Positions 1 through 12,207 of a DNA stretch of 64,000 nucleotides are shown here, piece by piece. Source of the DNA: Pelomyxa schiedti (lineage: Eukaryota; Protista; Evosea); the NCBI GenBank assembly GCA_020536535.1, contig JAHLWZ010000853.1, positions 1 to 64,000 of the forward strand. Reading direction: 5' to 3'. Position 1 is the first letter of the stretch; the number at the start of each line of letters is the position of its first letter. Made by a program: the position numbers and the translations under genes. Under the pieces are notes generated by a model. It did no database searches and had not been told where the DNA came from. It saw only the letters and a program-made list of their open reading frames with translations.

Positions 1-1077
1 GGGGGAAGGAATGAGGGGAACACCCCACTGGAGTTCTTCCCATTTGTCCATGAGTAATCCCTCCCCTGATCAAATGTAGACACCCAAACCCAATCTTTTA
101 TTTCTGCCCACGGGTCAGGTGGTGCTGTATAGGCCAGAAGAATGTCAATCATATTTGGCTGCCCATACATAATGGCACTGATGCAAGTCACAGAAAGAAA
201 ATAAATTAAAAATCGCACACGGTATAGAAAATGTCACATTAAGAGGTTCTGCAGGGCACAACATGTGGTTATAGTGCCACTGAAGTTGACAGTCCATCCC
301 TGACCAATTTTCATCGCACTCGCAATACCCCCACTCATACATGCAGGTACCATGTTCATCACACCATTCTGTACATCCTGGAATATAGCAATCCCACCTA
401 TTAACAAAGCATCAGATCAAGTAATGGGAGGCTGCCATCAAATGAAATAGCAGTAGGGCCAAATACTTCATATCGAAAGTGTAATCTTCATAAGCCACAG
501 CTACGAATTGGGACTGAGATGAAGAATTCACGTAGTATCCGCATGTAAACACAAATAGAAATGCCACACTGCTCACAAACTGGTCCTGGCACACCATCTC
601 CACTCTGAATGTCCCACTGGTAGTCCCAGATTCAGCCTCCAACTGCACAACTGACGTCACAGGCAGGCCAGCAACTGCCACAGTAGACGTCATTGCCTCG
701 GGCAAAATCCCATCCGAGGTGGAGACTCCCGCCAGCCTCAAATCCCAGTCCGTTGTTACAAAGAAAACGCACTCTGGCAACGACAAGTCGGTGCCGTTGT
801 TTGAGCAGCCGAGGTCGAGGAGAGACCGAGACTGAGGACTGGGCGACCAGGTCCAGTCAAGATCGACCCAAGGCACGTCCGGATCGAGGTTCGGAGAGTG
901 GCATGAGTTGGCGGACATGTCTGGGTCGAATTCGGGCTGCGTGGCCCCGCAGTCCACAATGAACCCCAGATCGCCGCCATCGACGCTCAGGCCCCCTCCG
1001 CCATCTTCACAGTACAAACAAGTTCCAACTGTGCCACAAATGATAACCGACGCAACGACGGCCGTAGTTGTGTTCAT
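1..1077 (-). CDS. Secreted/surface protein with EGF-like domain, 5' part; gene runs off the window start
   Basis: Hydrophobic N-terminus MNTTTAVVASVIICGTVGTC. After a GT-AG intron (~400-470) the frame reads WDCYIPGCTEWCDEHGTCMYEWGYCECDENWSGMDC, an EGF-like C..HGxC..CxC..WxGxxC pattern. Confidence 0.6.
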
Positions 1078-1372
1078 TCAGACCTTTTTTTTTCGTGGGA
1101 AATTTGTCCCTCCCCCGAGTTCCGCGAGTGCCAGGGAGAAGCTTGGAAGTACCTTACCGGCACAGGATGTGCCTACCTTGTGTAGGATTCCGAGAGAATC
1201 GCACCACACTGGGAATTCGCCCTTGAATTGTCATCATCAGCCACGAAATTGATAGCCACAGAGAGAACCCCACGCCCTACGCGCCAACCGCCGCCCCCTC
1301 GCCCCTCCATCCCCATTGGCTTGATCCGCACCGCCCACCACATCCTCCCCTCACCCCCTCCTTGTAATTACC

Positions 1373-1528
1373 ATGCACCGCTCCCCTGCCCCTGTGCCGT
1401 CCTCCCCCACTCCCATAACTACCTCCTACGCCGCTTCCACTACGACCACTACTGCTCTGGGCTCACCTAGCAGTCCCAGGCACGCGCACCAGCAATATCA
1501 CACGATGTCACCACAATCCCATAGTCAA

Positions 1529-1563
<35 letters not shown>

Positions 1564-2288
1564 GATCCAGCAGCAACAGGCGCGGCAAATTGCTAATGGG
1601 ATTTCAACAGCTGCATGCAGTGATGACATCAATGCATTCAACCTACGTGTGCTGTGGAGATTGGACAATCACGTGTCAGGCATCGTGGTGAGGGCATCTT
1701 ACGTCGTTGCTTACGTGTGGGACCAATCTTGGGTATGATTACGATGGCAGTTTACTTCGCTCTACATTGACCTAATTGGTTACTTGTAGTTGGCACCACC
1801 CTCCCCCTTTTTTTTAAATGCTAGATGTGTTACGCCGCTGTTCTCATTGCATCAACAGATCAAGTTGGATGTGAAAGGCCCTGCTTTTGTTGTGAATAGG
1901 TTTTCTATCCTTTTTTTTTTTTACCCCATACCCATCCTCTTATTGCCTGTAAATTTTCCAAATCAAGAACTGCACCTCCCCACACACAGATAGCTGTTCT
2001 CAATTGGTGCAATACCCACAACCTCTACGTGGATTTGTCTGAGATGTCTTTCATGTGTGTGGTGCCACCTATGCTTATCTACATGCTGCGAAACAATCAA
2101 GTCTATGCTCTGTGGTTCTACAAACAAGAAGACCTGGACTCTGTATCTGCGGCTCTATCAAGGTTTCCCTATTTTCAGAAATATATCTGCTTTAACTGCT
2201 TTTCAGGCTTGGTGTATGCAACAGAGTTCCAAATCAAACCCCTATGGGCGACATGATTCCAAAGACCCATGGCCTATTCAAGTGTTGA
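1373..2288 (+). CDS. DCP1: mRNA decapping activator Dcp1 (EVH1 domain), 4 exons, poly-Q N-terminus
   Basis: Spliced product NLRVLWRLDNHVSGIVVRASYVVAY..W|IKLDVKGPAFVVNR|TAPPHTQIAVLNWCNTHNLYVDL...PPMLIY...VYALWFYKQEDLDSV matches Dcp1 EVH1 motifs (NLxxLxxxD, DVEGxLFV, IxNRxNxxN, PxLLY, IWFY). Stop TGA at 2286-2288. Confidence 0.85.
1525..1580 (+). repeat. CAA/CAG microsatellite encoding poly-Q
   Basis: Run of cagcaa units in DCP1 exon 1. Confidence 0.9.
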
Positions 2289-2361
2289 TTTGCTAAAAAA
2301 ACAGTGCGGAAAAAACAATTCCTTTTTTTTTTTTCTTCATATGTCATGTTTTAGAACAAAT

Positions 2362-3615
2362 TCACATTCTTCTGTTTCTGGTTGTGTGCATTGCTGTGAG
2401 TTTGCACTTATTTTTAAGTGCTTTGGCTAACCCAGTACAACTGGGGTTTCCTTTATGGCTTCCTTTTGGTTTTCTATATAGAGTACTTGAATACAATCGG
2501 CGGTGGGTAAGTTCATCAAGCAGGCACGGAGTTCCTTGAGAAGAGGCTGGAATATTGAGGCGATTTGTGGACGAGTTGGCGTATGCTGTAGTTGTGCTGT
2601 ACCCTACATTATTGGTAGGGTGCGGCAGTACTTTCAGTTCTTGTTCAGTGGGTGATAAACAGCCCTCCACGGTAGGTGGCAAGAACGTGCCCAGGTCGTT
2701 AATGGCATACTCCTTCATAAGCTTCTGCAGTGCTTGTGGTGAAACAAACACGCAATTCGTTCCATCAGGCCCGTCAAGCATAAGTATGGGAGGGTCGAAT
2801 AACAGAGTGCAGCTCGAGTTACACACTTCCTGCAACTGGGCGTTGTTGTTGTTGTTTTGCTGCTGCTGCTGCTGCAACTGCAACTGCTGCCGCAGTATGC
2901 ACGCCCTCTCCCTCTCCTCCTGCTCCCTCTGCTGGTCCAGTTGCGCCTGCAGCTGCTGCTGCAGTCTGTTAATCCTCGCGGCCAGTCGCGGCAGCGGCCG
3001 GGCGCCCCCCCCGCGAAGGCCGCCGCTCCCCACGCTGGTCCCTGTGTCTCCCCATCCCCTCTCAGCCCCGTCTCCCCCCAACACCGCCGCCGCACCCAGG
3101 CCCCCCACAGAGCAGCACCGCGCCCCGCGCCCCTCGCCCGTGCCCGTGCCCGTGCCCGTGCTCGTGCTCTCCGCAGGGGCGCCGATCTGCGAGGCCGGCG
3201 GCGCGCAGCCGCTAGCACCGGTACCACCACACTCGGCAGCAGCAGCCTCCTCCTCCTCCTCCTCCTCCTCCTGCCTCAGCAGCATCAGAGCGTGGCCCCG
3301 CGCGTCCAGCAGCAGCCCGCCCCTCCTCCTCCCCGCCGCGCGCACCCGCGGGTCCAGGGTCAGGCGCAGCAGGCAGTCCTCCAGCGACATCCCCGGCGCG
3401 ATCGGCGCCGCCGGCGAGCACGTGCGACGAGGGGCGAAGCGGAACGACGGCGGCGGCGCCGACGCCGGCGACAGGGACGACGACGACGAAGACTGCGGGT
3501 CGGACGGCGACGGAGCCGACAACGAGGAGGAGGGCTGGTGGGTCGATGTGGCGTCGGCTTCGGAGGCGCGCGACCGAGAAGTGTATCCCATGATGAAGAC
3601 TTGGGCTTGTGCCAA
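2362..3615 (-). CDS. Hypothetical low-complexity protein (poly-S, poly-E, TG repeats, poly-Q/N)
   Basis: 417-aa ORF with a GC-rich 5' half like the first exons of neighbouring genes. No recognisable domain. The start may be the Met of MGYTS. Confidence 0.55.
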   Translation of the reverse strand: MAQAQVFIMGYTSRSRASEADATSTHQPSSSLSAPSPSDPQSSSSSSLSPASAPPPSFRFAPRRTCSPAAPIAPGMSLEDCLLRLTLDPRVRAAGRRRGGLLLDARGHALMLLRQEEEEEEEEAAAAECGGTGASGCAPPASQIGAPAESTSTGTGTGTGEGRGARCCSVGGLGAAAVLGGDGAERGWGDTGTSVGSGGLRGGGARPLPRLAARINRLQQQLQAQLDQQREQEERERACILRQQLQLQQQQQQNNNNNAQLQEVCNSSCTLLFDPPILMLDGPDGTNCVFVSPQALQKLMKEYAINDLGTFLPPTVEGCLSPTEQELKVLPHPTNNVGYSTTTAYANSSTNRLNIPASSQGTPCLLDELTHRRLYSSTLYRKPKGSHKGNPSCTGLAKALKNKCKLTAMHTTRNRRM

Positions 3616-4191
3616 CTAGGAGGAGGATGAAGGTTTTTTTTTTTTGGTGTTTGTGGGTGTCACAATCAGGTGGCGGTGTGGTGTTGCCCCTGTGTTCTTT
3701 GCTGCGTGTACAACAAACCACCAGATTGTTGATTGAATTTTATTAAATTACCGTAACCATCTCCTTACATGTATCAAAACTGCAGAGTCAAATCAACTTT
3801 ACCAACAACCAACAATGCATCCGTGCATTGAAGAATGTTCCAGTCCTGCGCGAGTCTTCAGAAGAATTGACGATAGATGGCTGAATACAAAAAACACCTT
3901 AACCTAGCGACTAAAAAGACAGCGTTCCGGTCTGTTGATTATGTTATGAGCCCGAAAAGCAACGGCCATTCGTTTGGCACCGGTACATACGCGGTGGGTG
4001 GCGCAACCACAAAAGGGGGGCCTCAGGTCCATTGTACTGCAGAGCAGTTTGTTGTTATTTTTGTGCAAATTGGAAGTGATTGATTTGAGTAAAGTGTGTT
4101 GTTTTTTTCAGTTATTTAGTCTGGTGAAAAATATTACTGGTGTTGTGTAGTGTATTGAATCCTCTTCAGCAACTAACGAGAGCAGAGTGCG

Positions 4192-5576
4192 TTAATAATT
4201 GTGAAGTTCACAACACAAACCGGTGATCAAGAAGGGAGCCAGGGCTTCTGTGTCTGGACTTCCATGTATCGTGGCAAACGCAAAACCTGAAGAAAAGTCA
4301 CTCAACTTGATTCCCTCGGATCGGGACGGTGAATGTGCACAAATTCCACTTGAAAAGGCCATGCCTATGTTAGAGGTCAAGTTGTGGGAGGGTGGTCCAT
4401 CGCTGTTCAGATCATGCACTGTGACTGTGTGTGGATGGTGGAACACCGCAATGCTGGAAGAGTCAACAGGTTGAATTGATTTGCTGTCATGTGGGTTCCA
4501 CGTCTCCCCAGTATCAATATTGACAACAGCACAGTCATTATGATAGCCCTCGTCAAAGGTTACAAAGGCAGTGCCGGTTTGGCTGAACACGAAATGCACT
4601 GCTCCCTCAGTATTATCCGGTGACAATACAAAAAGCTTTTCGCACACTGGGGTGATTATTCCGTTCTCAAGTGTGCGGCCAATGTCTACCTTCAAGTAGT
4701 GGTATTTCCCTACCGTTGAGGAATACAGCAGTGACATTTCATCATTATGTGGAATTCTCGGGTCTCCGCTGTGCGTAAGTGCAATGGCCCTGCATAAATC
4801 AAGGTGCACATAACTTACATTCTCAACATCAGGTACTCTCTTGTCATTCTCACCCCTTTCCTTTAGACGTGTAAGCTTCCATACAAACAATCTCGCATTG
4901 AAGGCCTCATATGCCACAATCCACTTTGAATTGAACGAAAAGTTATCTTTCTTGGCGAAAGGGCATCCCATAATTGCGTCGGCCTGCCACTCGCGGCACA
5001 CATTTCTGACCACGTACTGCGGCGATTCGTACACAACAACGTGGCGCTGTCCCACAATCGCAACGGCGGTGCCGGACTCGAATTTCTCGATACGGGAGGT
5101 AGCCGCCAGCGTAGCCGACACGCGCATGCACCAAATGCCAGAAAGCGAGTTTAATAGGATGACGCGGTTGGGCTTNNNNNNNNNNNNNNNNNNNNNNNNN
5201 NNNNNNNNNNNNNNNNNNNNNNNNNNNNNNNNNNNNNNNNNNNNNNNNNNNNNNNNNNNNNNNNNNNNNNNNNNNCAATCGCAACGGCGGTGCCGGACTC
5301 GAATTTCTCGATACGGGAGGTAGCCGCCAGCGTAGCCGACACGCGCATGCACCAAATGCCAGAAAGCGAGTTTAATAGGATGACGCGGTTGGGCTTAAGC
5401 ACCCACTCGCACAGAATGTCGCGGGCCACGATCTGGGGCAGGCGCGCGGCCGCCGACGCTGCGCCGCACCGAGGCAGGTAACTGCTGCAAAACGCAATTG
5501 CTTGCCCGTGCGCCGACTGATGGCACCGGTTGGCCGACGCCCACAACGGATTACGGTCCGGCCCTCGGTAACTCAT
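4192..5576 (-). CDS. Intronless hypothetical protein with N-terminal 'xAxxQxxAF...PRCGxxS..LP' (F-box-like) motif and beta-rich C-terminus; interrupted by assembly gap
   Basis: ORFs 5151-5579 and 4192-5355 join into one continuous frame once the 121-bp duplicated overlap around the N-gap is collapsed. Confidence 0.7.
5055..5396. other. Assembly gap (100 N, 5176-5275) flanked by an identical 121-bp direct duplication
   Basis: 5055-5175 and 5276-5396 are identical (caatcgcaacggcggt...gcggttgggctt). Confidence 0.95.
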
Positions 5577-7858
5577 CAATCTTTCCAGGAATCCAGGAAC
5601 AACGATGGCTCCCCGGCTGTGTACGACAGTTTGCCTCTCTTTTTACTCCATCCACATTCTCGTGTTCAATGGTACTTTCATACAACTCAGAGTTATGAAT
5701 CCCCAAGGTTCCCCACCCAGACACTATGAGCCCCTACTACTCAATGGTGGCCCAACTTCCACGAAAGCGTGCACACTGCCGACTCCCGACACGTCAACTG
5801 TGAGTCCAATTCCCTTGTCACAACAGGCGTCTCCGATTCTGGTTCTTGTATTAGCAGTCCTTCACACCAATAATGTCTAGTAGCGGTCTGTGGGGGCTGG
5901 AATATCAGGAAGGTGAGTGAACTTGTTGAACTGGCCATTTCTGTTTCAACAAGTACAATACAAGAAGTATTTGCCAGAAGCAAAATGGAATCGGACACAG
6001 TGTCCCCAGGCGTTGTTGTCAAGTTCTTACCACTCAGGAAAAAGCCCTTTTCCATTCCTGATATCGCCGTACCGTAAAGAAACGGATGCAGCGGAATGTA
6101 TTTGATCTACTACATGTTGGGTAACGGCCACAAAGCTCGAATTCGCATCACAGTACTACCCCTAGAGATTTCGACTAAGGCCGAATCTTGACCTTGGGAC
6201 AACTGCCTATTTCAAAAATGGTACAAGAGAAATGCAGCCGTTATTTTCTTGACAGTTTTCCTTTTTACTTTCGTAAGAAGAGTCTATCGTCCATAGCCCA
6301 CATACAGACACTGAGCACAACCCCCTTCACATCAGAAAGGGCCACTCACACCAGAAAGTGACGTGAGGGTAGTTTGTGTGCACCTGGCGTCATTCGGAAC
6401 TCCCACATGGATCGAACATCAGTTCAACTAGTTGGTGACGGATGCCCGGTTGTGGCCAGGCTCACGACCCGAGAGTTGTGGCCAAGGTGTCGTGCAGAGG
6501 TGCGATTTGTTTTTTGTTGACGGTTCAATGCCTTTTTTTTTTTTACAAGTGTAGCGTTGGGATTGACTTCTTGAATTAAAAAAAAGATGGATGTGGTCTT
6601 ACAAAAACAGTGGCGAGAAGAGAGGAATTTGTCTGTGGCTGATGTATTTTCTATTGGGACTTCGGCCAAGTGCTGTGATTGCCATGCTTTTGCTGGTAAT
6701 GATAAAGCTCATAAAGAGATATTATTCTTGTGAAGAGATACATACCTGAGTTTCTCTACTTCCATTGCAAATCACTCACTTTACTTTGTAGAAGTCTTGT
6801 GCAAGCAATGTAAGGGGCCTGGTGGGAAAGTATTGGATGTGGGCATTAAAGAACACTCCCCTCTTGTGTGTGAGGATGGCAAAGTGGAAATTTTTTCCTT
6901 TACTGTCAAACAATTCTGTACTTCTTCAAAGTACTCAACCCATGTCCTACCCAGTTCTAATATGCCTCCCAAGGTCACATATCCGGGAGTCCGAACTTCT
7001 CTTGATGTTGGATTTTGGAAAGGGCTTTGTTGTTTCCACCACCAAATTCCGACTCATTGCCAGGCTATATTCCAGAACAAGTCCTGCCAAGTCAGCAACT
7101 CCAACACAATCCCAAACAAAAACGACCCCTCCTGCTCCAGCACCACCATTCTCAGCGTGTTTATTTTCTACTTACGTGCGGCCCGTCAACAAGCCTACAC
7201 ATGAAAGATCACCTAAATCGCCGAAATCTCCGCCGAAGAACTTACACCAAGCTGTGCCAGTAAAAGTGGAGCTCTCAGATACCAGCAGCATAAGCACGGA
7301 CTCTACACCCAGAAGTGGGGCAGAGATTCAAGCTCTTATACCAGCCTTTAAATGTACCTGTCCACGCATCATCCATCATTCTCACATTAGAAAATTCAGG
7401 TCCCCCAGTGGTGGTGCGAATGTTCACTTCATCCGCTACATATGCTGCGACACTTAAGCTGACCACACTTGCCCAGGAAACTGCTATGTTCCTGGGTGCC
7501 TTGATGAACATATGCCCAATTACCAATCGCGGAATATCCGGGCTCAAGTACTGCGTGACACTGGCCAAGTACAACTCCATGGTCAATGCACAAAGAGCTA
7601 TTGACATGTTTGACTCCATGATGCACGAAGTTGTGGAGTATGTTGCCAATACCACCCGCGAAGCCCTGAAAGTTTCCTGTTTGGCTGTTTTCACGAGCTG
7701 GTGAGGTCCCAGGAATATCCTGATGCATCTAACCCTTGCTCTCATCCAACCTGTACTTCTACAAACAATTAAAAACGATTTTGTGTAAGAAAAAAAAACC
7801 AAAAAAGAACAACCAAAACCATCCCAATCACTTCCTCTAAAAGCAGTTACTTTTTAAC

Positions 7859-10800
7859 ATGAACCGACGTGGGTTTTCGTGCGACGTCGTTGCACGTTGG
7901 GTACTGGCTGCATGCTGTTTTGGTTTGCAGTTGCGTATGACGTCAGTGGTTACTGGAATGGAGGCCACGTTTTCAACAGGGGAGGGAATTTGGCACCTGG
8001 GCGCGTTGTCAGTAGGCAACGTGAATGGTGATTCAGACCCAGAAATAGTACTGGCTTATAGGTGGAACTTTGGTTTTTTTTCCCCTTCTTTTTGAATAGT
8101 TTTTTGCTTGTTGTTATTTCTGGATTGCTTAGTTTGAGTTGCAGGGATGATAACTACTTGTATGGATGGACTTTGGATGTGTTCACAGTGAGTGGTGAGC
8201 ATGTTGGAGGGTTTCCTTTGCATATGGGAAGTGCTGTGTCAAATCTCTCCCCAACTTTATATGACATTGGTAACAAGACACAGGCACTTATTAGTTTCTA
8301 AAACCAAAAAATCCAAACTGCAGATGGAGATGGTTTATTGGACATACTTGTAGCATTTGACAAGAATATAACTGCTCTGAGTGGTGATGGCAGTATTTTA
8401 TGGCAGACTAAAGTTGATAGAAATAATTACATCCCAGAGTAAGTTACACCCATTGGTGTGTTTTTTACATAGTGCAGTTCAGGGTACATGGTTATTCCTG
8501 GAACCTTTTATTGGAGTGATGGTGGTGTTCAACTTGACCTACTCCCTTCCACTTCAGAATTTTATTCCCAAGTGTCCCCTCCATTAATTGTTGATTCTGA
8601 TGGTGATGGGAAAAAAGAGGTTCCAACTATCATAATATGATAGTAATGCAAATAAACCAATCTAGGTTTTAACAACTTGGAAAATTGATCCTGATACAAC
8701 TTCCTCCTACCAAGATTACAATCCAGAAATTAAGCCTGTTTATGGATTTGCTGGTAGTCACCTTAAGCTGATTCACTCACTCTAATTTGGCTTCCAAAAG
8801 ATTGGGGGACGGTAGGAGAAACTTGGTCAGGTGGTGCAGTTTTCCTGGACATGGAAACGGGAGAAATGCATTCAATCTACCACTTTGTGCAACTGGTCTG
8901 ACCATTGTCCATGTTTTCTTACGCACTTTTAACAGTGTTTTCAGGTAGAATCAGGTGCAGCGGTTGGAAAAGTTGATGACGCAACTCTCGTTTATGTTCT
9001 CAGTGATAGTGACAGTATAGAAGGATTTGATAACTCCAAGCCCCATGGATATCAAGGGAAAGGCAAGTTGCATGGGTAAGTTTGAAGCCAGAAATGCACA
9101 AGTACAAACTGTTTCCACAGACAATTCGGGAAAAATCAACGTCTGATGAGCGGTCGATTCCAACCTACAAGTTTGTTTTTTTTTTTTACTTTTTCAGGGA
9201 CCTATCAACGTGGAGTGATATAACAGCGGCTGATATTGATGGTGATGGACAATCTGAGATACTTGTTTGTACCACTCAAATAGATCCTTTATGGACTCCC
9301 CATGAGACTGTACTGGTATTTCTCTTGTTAACAATCCTTTTCTTTGTAATCCTACGAAGGATGACAGTGGTGTTATTCTTTGGCGAGAGTGGAAAGAAGA
9401 GGCATCTTACACGCATAACTATGGTTGATTGAAATGTCACCTGTTATTCACTGTTGACATTTTTCCCCTTCAGGGTGGCAAAACAGTGCTGTTATGTTTG
9501 CCATTAATCCTGATCAAGATAACCATGTGGATGTTATAACATTCAGTCACGAGCAAAAAATTCACTTCAGGTTTTTTTTCCTACTATCTTACTGCTATGC
9601 TTCCCGTAATGCAGAGAGTGGAATGGAATTGCGTTAGTAGAAAAGCAGGGATGGCCAATTGACTTCGCACCGCTTCTCCCAGTTCCTCCCGTTGTAGGAG
9701 ATATCGATGGTGATGGCGAGGAAGAAATCATTATCGCAACCTATAATCCGGAAGAACTACAAGATACAGGCTCTGGAATCAAGTTTCTCTTTAAGTTGTG
9801 TTAGTCTTGGGCTCACCCTTCCGTAGTGTTTACTCTCTAAGTGGTGTGCTGAAGCGACACATCGATATCCCTGGTGGGGTCAAACATATACCAACAATAT
9901 ATGACATTGTATGTATCACTTGTATTTCCCAGTAATATGTAACCTTCATACAGGACCGTGATGGATCCGTAGAACTCATTTTTCGGTCCTGCTATGGGGT
10001 GATCACGATAACAAATTTAGCAGATAATTCACGCACTGGGAGTGTGTCTTGGGCAACACACCGAGGGAATGTTCTCCATGACAGCATACCTGGTGTTAGC
10101 TTGTTCAAGAAGGGGACACCTATCATTTCTTCAAAAACAGAAAAGTATCAACACTGCCTTCTTGTCAATTCATACTCACTTGATGAAGGCAATTAAAGGC
10201 TTCCTTCTGCTGGAGACTTCAGGAACCACCAGGCAGTGTCACCTCACTAAAAATTTATCGAAGCCAAAGTGTCGATGGTCCATTTGCGTTTATTATCTCA
10301 CTCCCCTCTAGTGCAAATTGCTTCGAAGATCAAAGATTAGGTTGTTGCATTTTTTTTCCTTTTTGCCCACTCAGTAATCTTTATTTGTGCACAGAACCAG
10401 GGATCCTTTACATTTACGAAATTGAGGCTACTTATAGCACAGGCGAAACCCTAAGGTCATCTCCTTTGCCTATGTTGTCCCTTGTCAATAATAACCTAGT
10501 ACTCAACAGTTAAGTTTCCTGCCACCTCTTTCTTTGAAATAACAAACAAATCACAGGTGGAATAGAAGGTGACGATGACTACGCATTTGATAAGTGGTAC
10601 ACGGGTAAGTCCGTTCTGAGGCACTGAAGTTCTAACACTTTTCAGGTTCTATACCCTGGGAACACATGACTGGATCACCAACTGCTTATCAGGGCGAGCA
10701 ATCTATGTCTATAATACTTGCTGGAGAAACCAGTTGCAGTTCCATATCCCAGGTTTTTCTTGAATATCTCTCACCTCTCTAACGGCGTTATTAGTGGAAT

Positions 10801-12137
10801 CAATATGGGATTCCCGACTCGACAATGTAACTTAGATACATCTCCTTCCTCTATTACTAAAAAATATAAAGTTATACCACACCTGGCCTTTGGTACAGCT
10901 TTGGCGGTTTCTTGAAGTCTCAAGGAGTTGACATTGAGACCGAGCATTGGTTTGAGTGGTCAAGTCCACCAACAGGTATAAGTGATGGACACACCCTTGC
11001 AAATACCCAATTACGTAAGGATATGATCCTGAGGCACATCCATCCCCGCCATGGCCAAACTACTGGACCCCGCACTTGGTAGCCCCAGCCGGTACCGCTA
11101 CAGCTTGGCTATACACTGATAGAGTTTTCCTTGTACTACCCTTCCGTTTCCTCCGAGTGAATTAACTGTTCTCCACAGTTACCTGATGGATATCCCAATG
11201 TCTGCATTCGCCATCGCTGGGAAGGCACTGGATCAGCCACCGGAGTTGTGCTAATCGATAACCTTTTCTTCAGAGAATTGCCTGCTTCCCCTCTGGACGG
11301 CAATGTATGGACAACGGTCTTGCCTTATAAGTCAGTTTGGCGCTATCTTGTTGGGACAGTCACACCCGCTTCCAATTGGTACGCAATTTTTGGGGAGTTT
11401 CCGATTACATTCTGACGCAGATAGGTTTGATCCCTCTTTTGATGATTCTGCGTGGTCAGTGGGCACTGCAAAATTCGGAGCTGGTTCGGGTCCACAGAAT
11501 GTTACAACACACATCACTTCCAGTCAGCAGTATTACTACTTCAGGACGAACTTCACCTTCGGGGATACCGAACACTTGTACTGTACTCCTTTCTCTGTAA
11601 AATATAAAATTCAACTTGTATTAGCCTCACCACAAACACAGCTACGGGGAGGTTCTTCTGGCGGTCATATGCTCAGACTCGTTCCCAATTGAAATATGGA
11701 TAAACGGGAACAACCCGCCAACAACGGGCATTTCCGTGTGCTCGGGACAAGGCAACACCCCTGGATACTTTGATATGGCTCCTTTTTATGATTACCTCGT
11801 TCCAAACAGCACAAACATTGTTGCTGTAAGACTGGAAAATACATGGGCCACAAGTTGGGATGACCTAGCCTTTGACTTCAGGTTAATTCCCACCCCAAAA
11901 ACAAAACACTTGCACAAAAAAACGCAAAACTCCATTTTTACTTTTTACATATTTACATTTACATGTTTGTGCAGTGTTCTTGTTGTAGAAGACAATATGA
12001 CTGATCCATTTGGGTTCTCTGCAAGTAGCTCCAGTACAGGCACACTAAGTAGTGAGGATACTTCTGATGCTATTTTGTGTGTTGCAGACTGGTCGTTTTT
12101 GGTGCTGTGCTTATTGTCCTTCACTGTTTTTTATTGA
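7859..12137 (+). CDS. Secreted FG-GAP/VCBS beta-propeller protein with carbohydrate-binding-type modules and hydrophobic C-terminal anchor; many introns
   Basis: Signal-like N-terminus. Repeated Ca-binding motifs GNVNGDSDPEIV, DIDGDGLLDILV, DSDGDGKKEV, DIDGDGQSEILV, GDIDGDGEEEII. NNLVLN.GIEG (CBM4/9-like) segment. FDDSAWSVGTAKFG...YYFRTNF...NIVAVRLEN...DLAFDF jelly-roll. Ser-rich stalk plus hydrophobic tail. Confidence 0.75.
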
Positions 12138-12207
12138 GGTTGTAATACTGTTTTATTCTATTACAATGTTTTCGAGGAGAGCTTTGTTATTTTAAAAAGG
12201 TATAAAA

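Noticed and set aside
2555-3721. Several long overlapping ORFs on both strands (354, 257, 171, 169 aa)
   Set aside because: Expected shadow frames of GC-rich microsatellite-laden coding sequence. The same applies at 18859-19481, 26028-26776 and 37930-38670.
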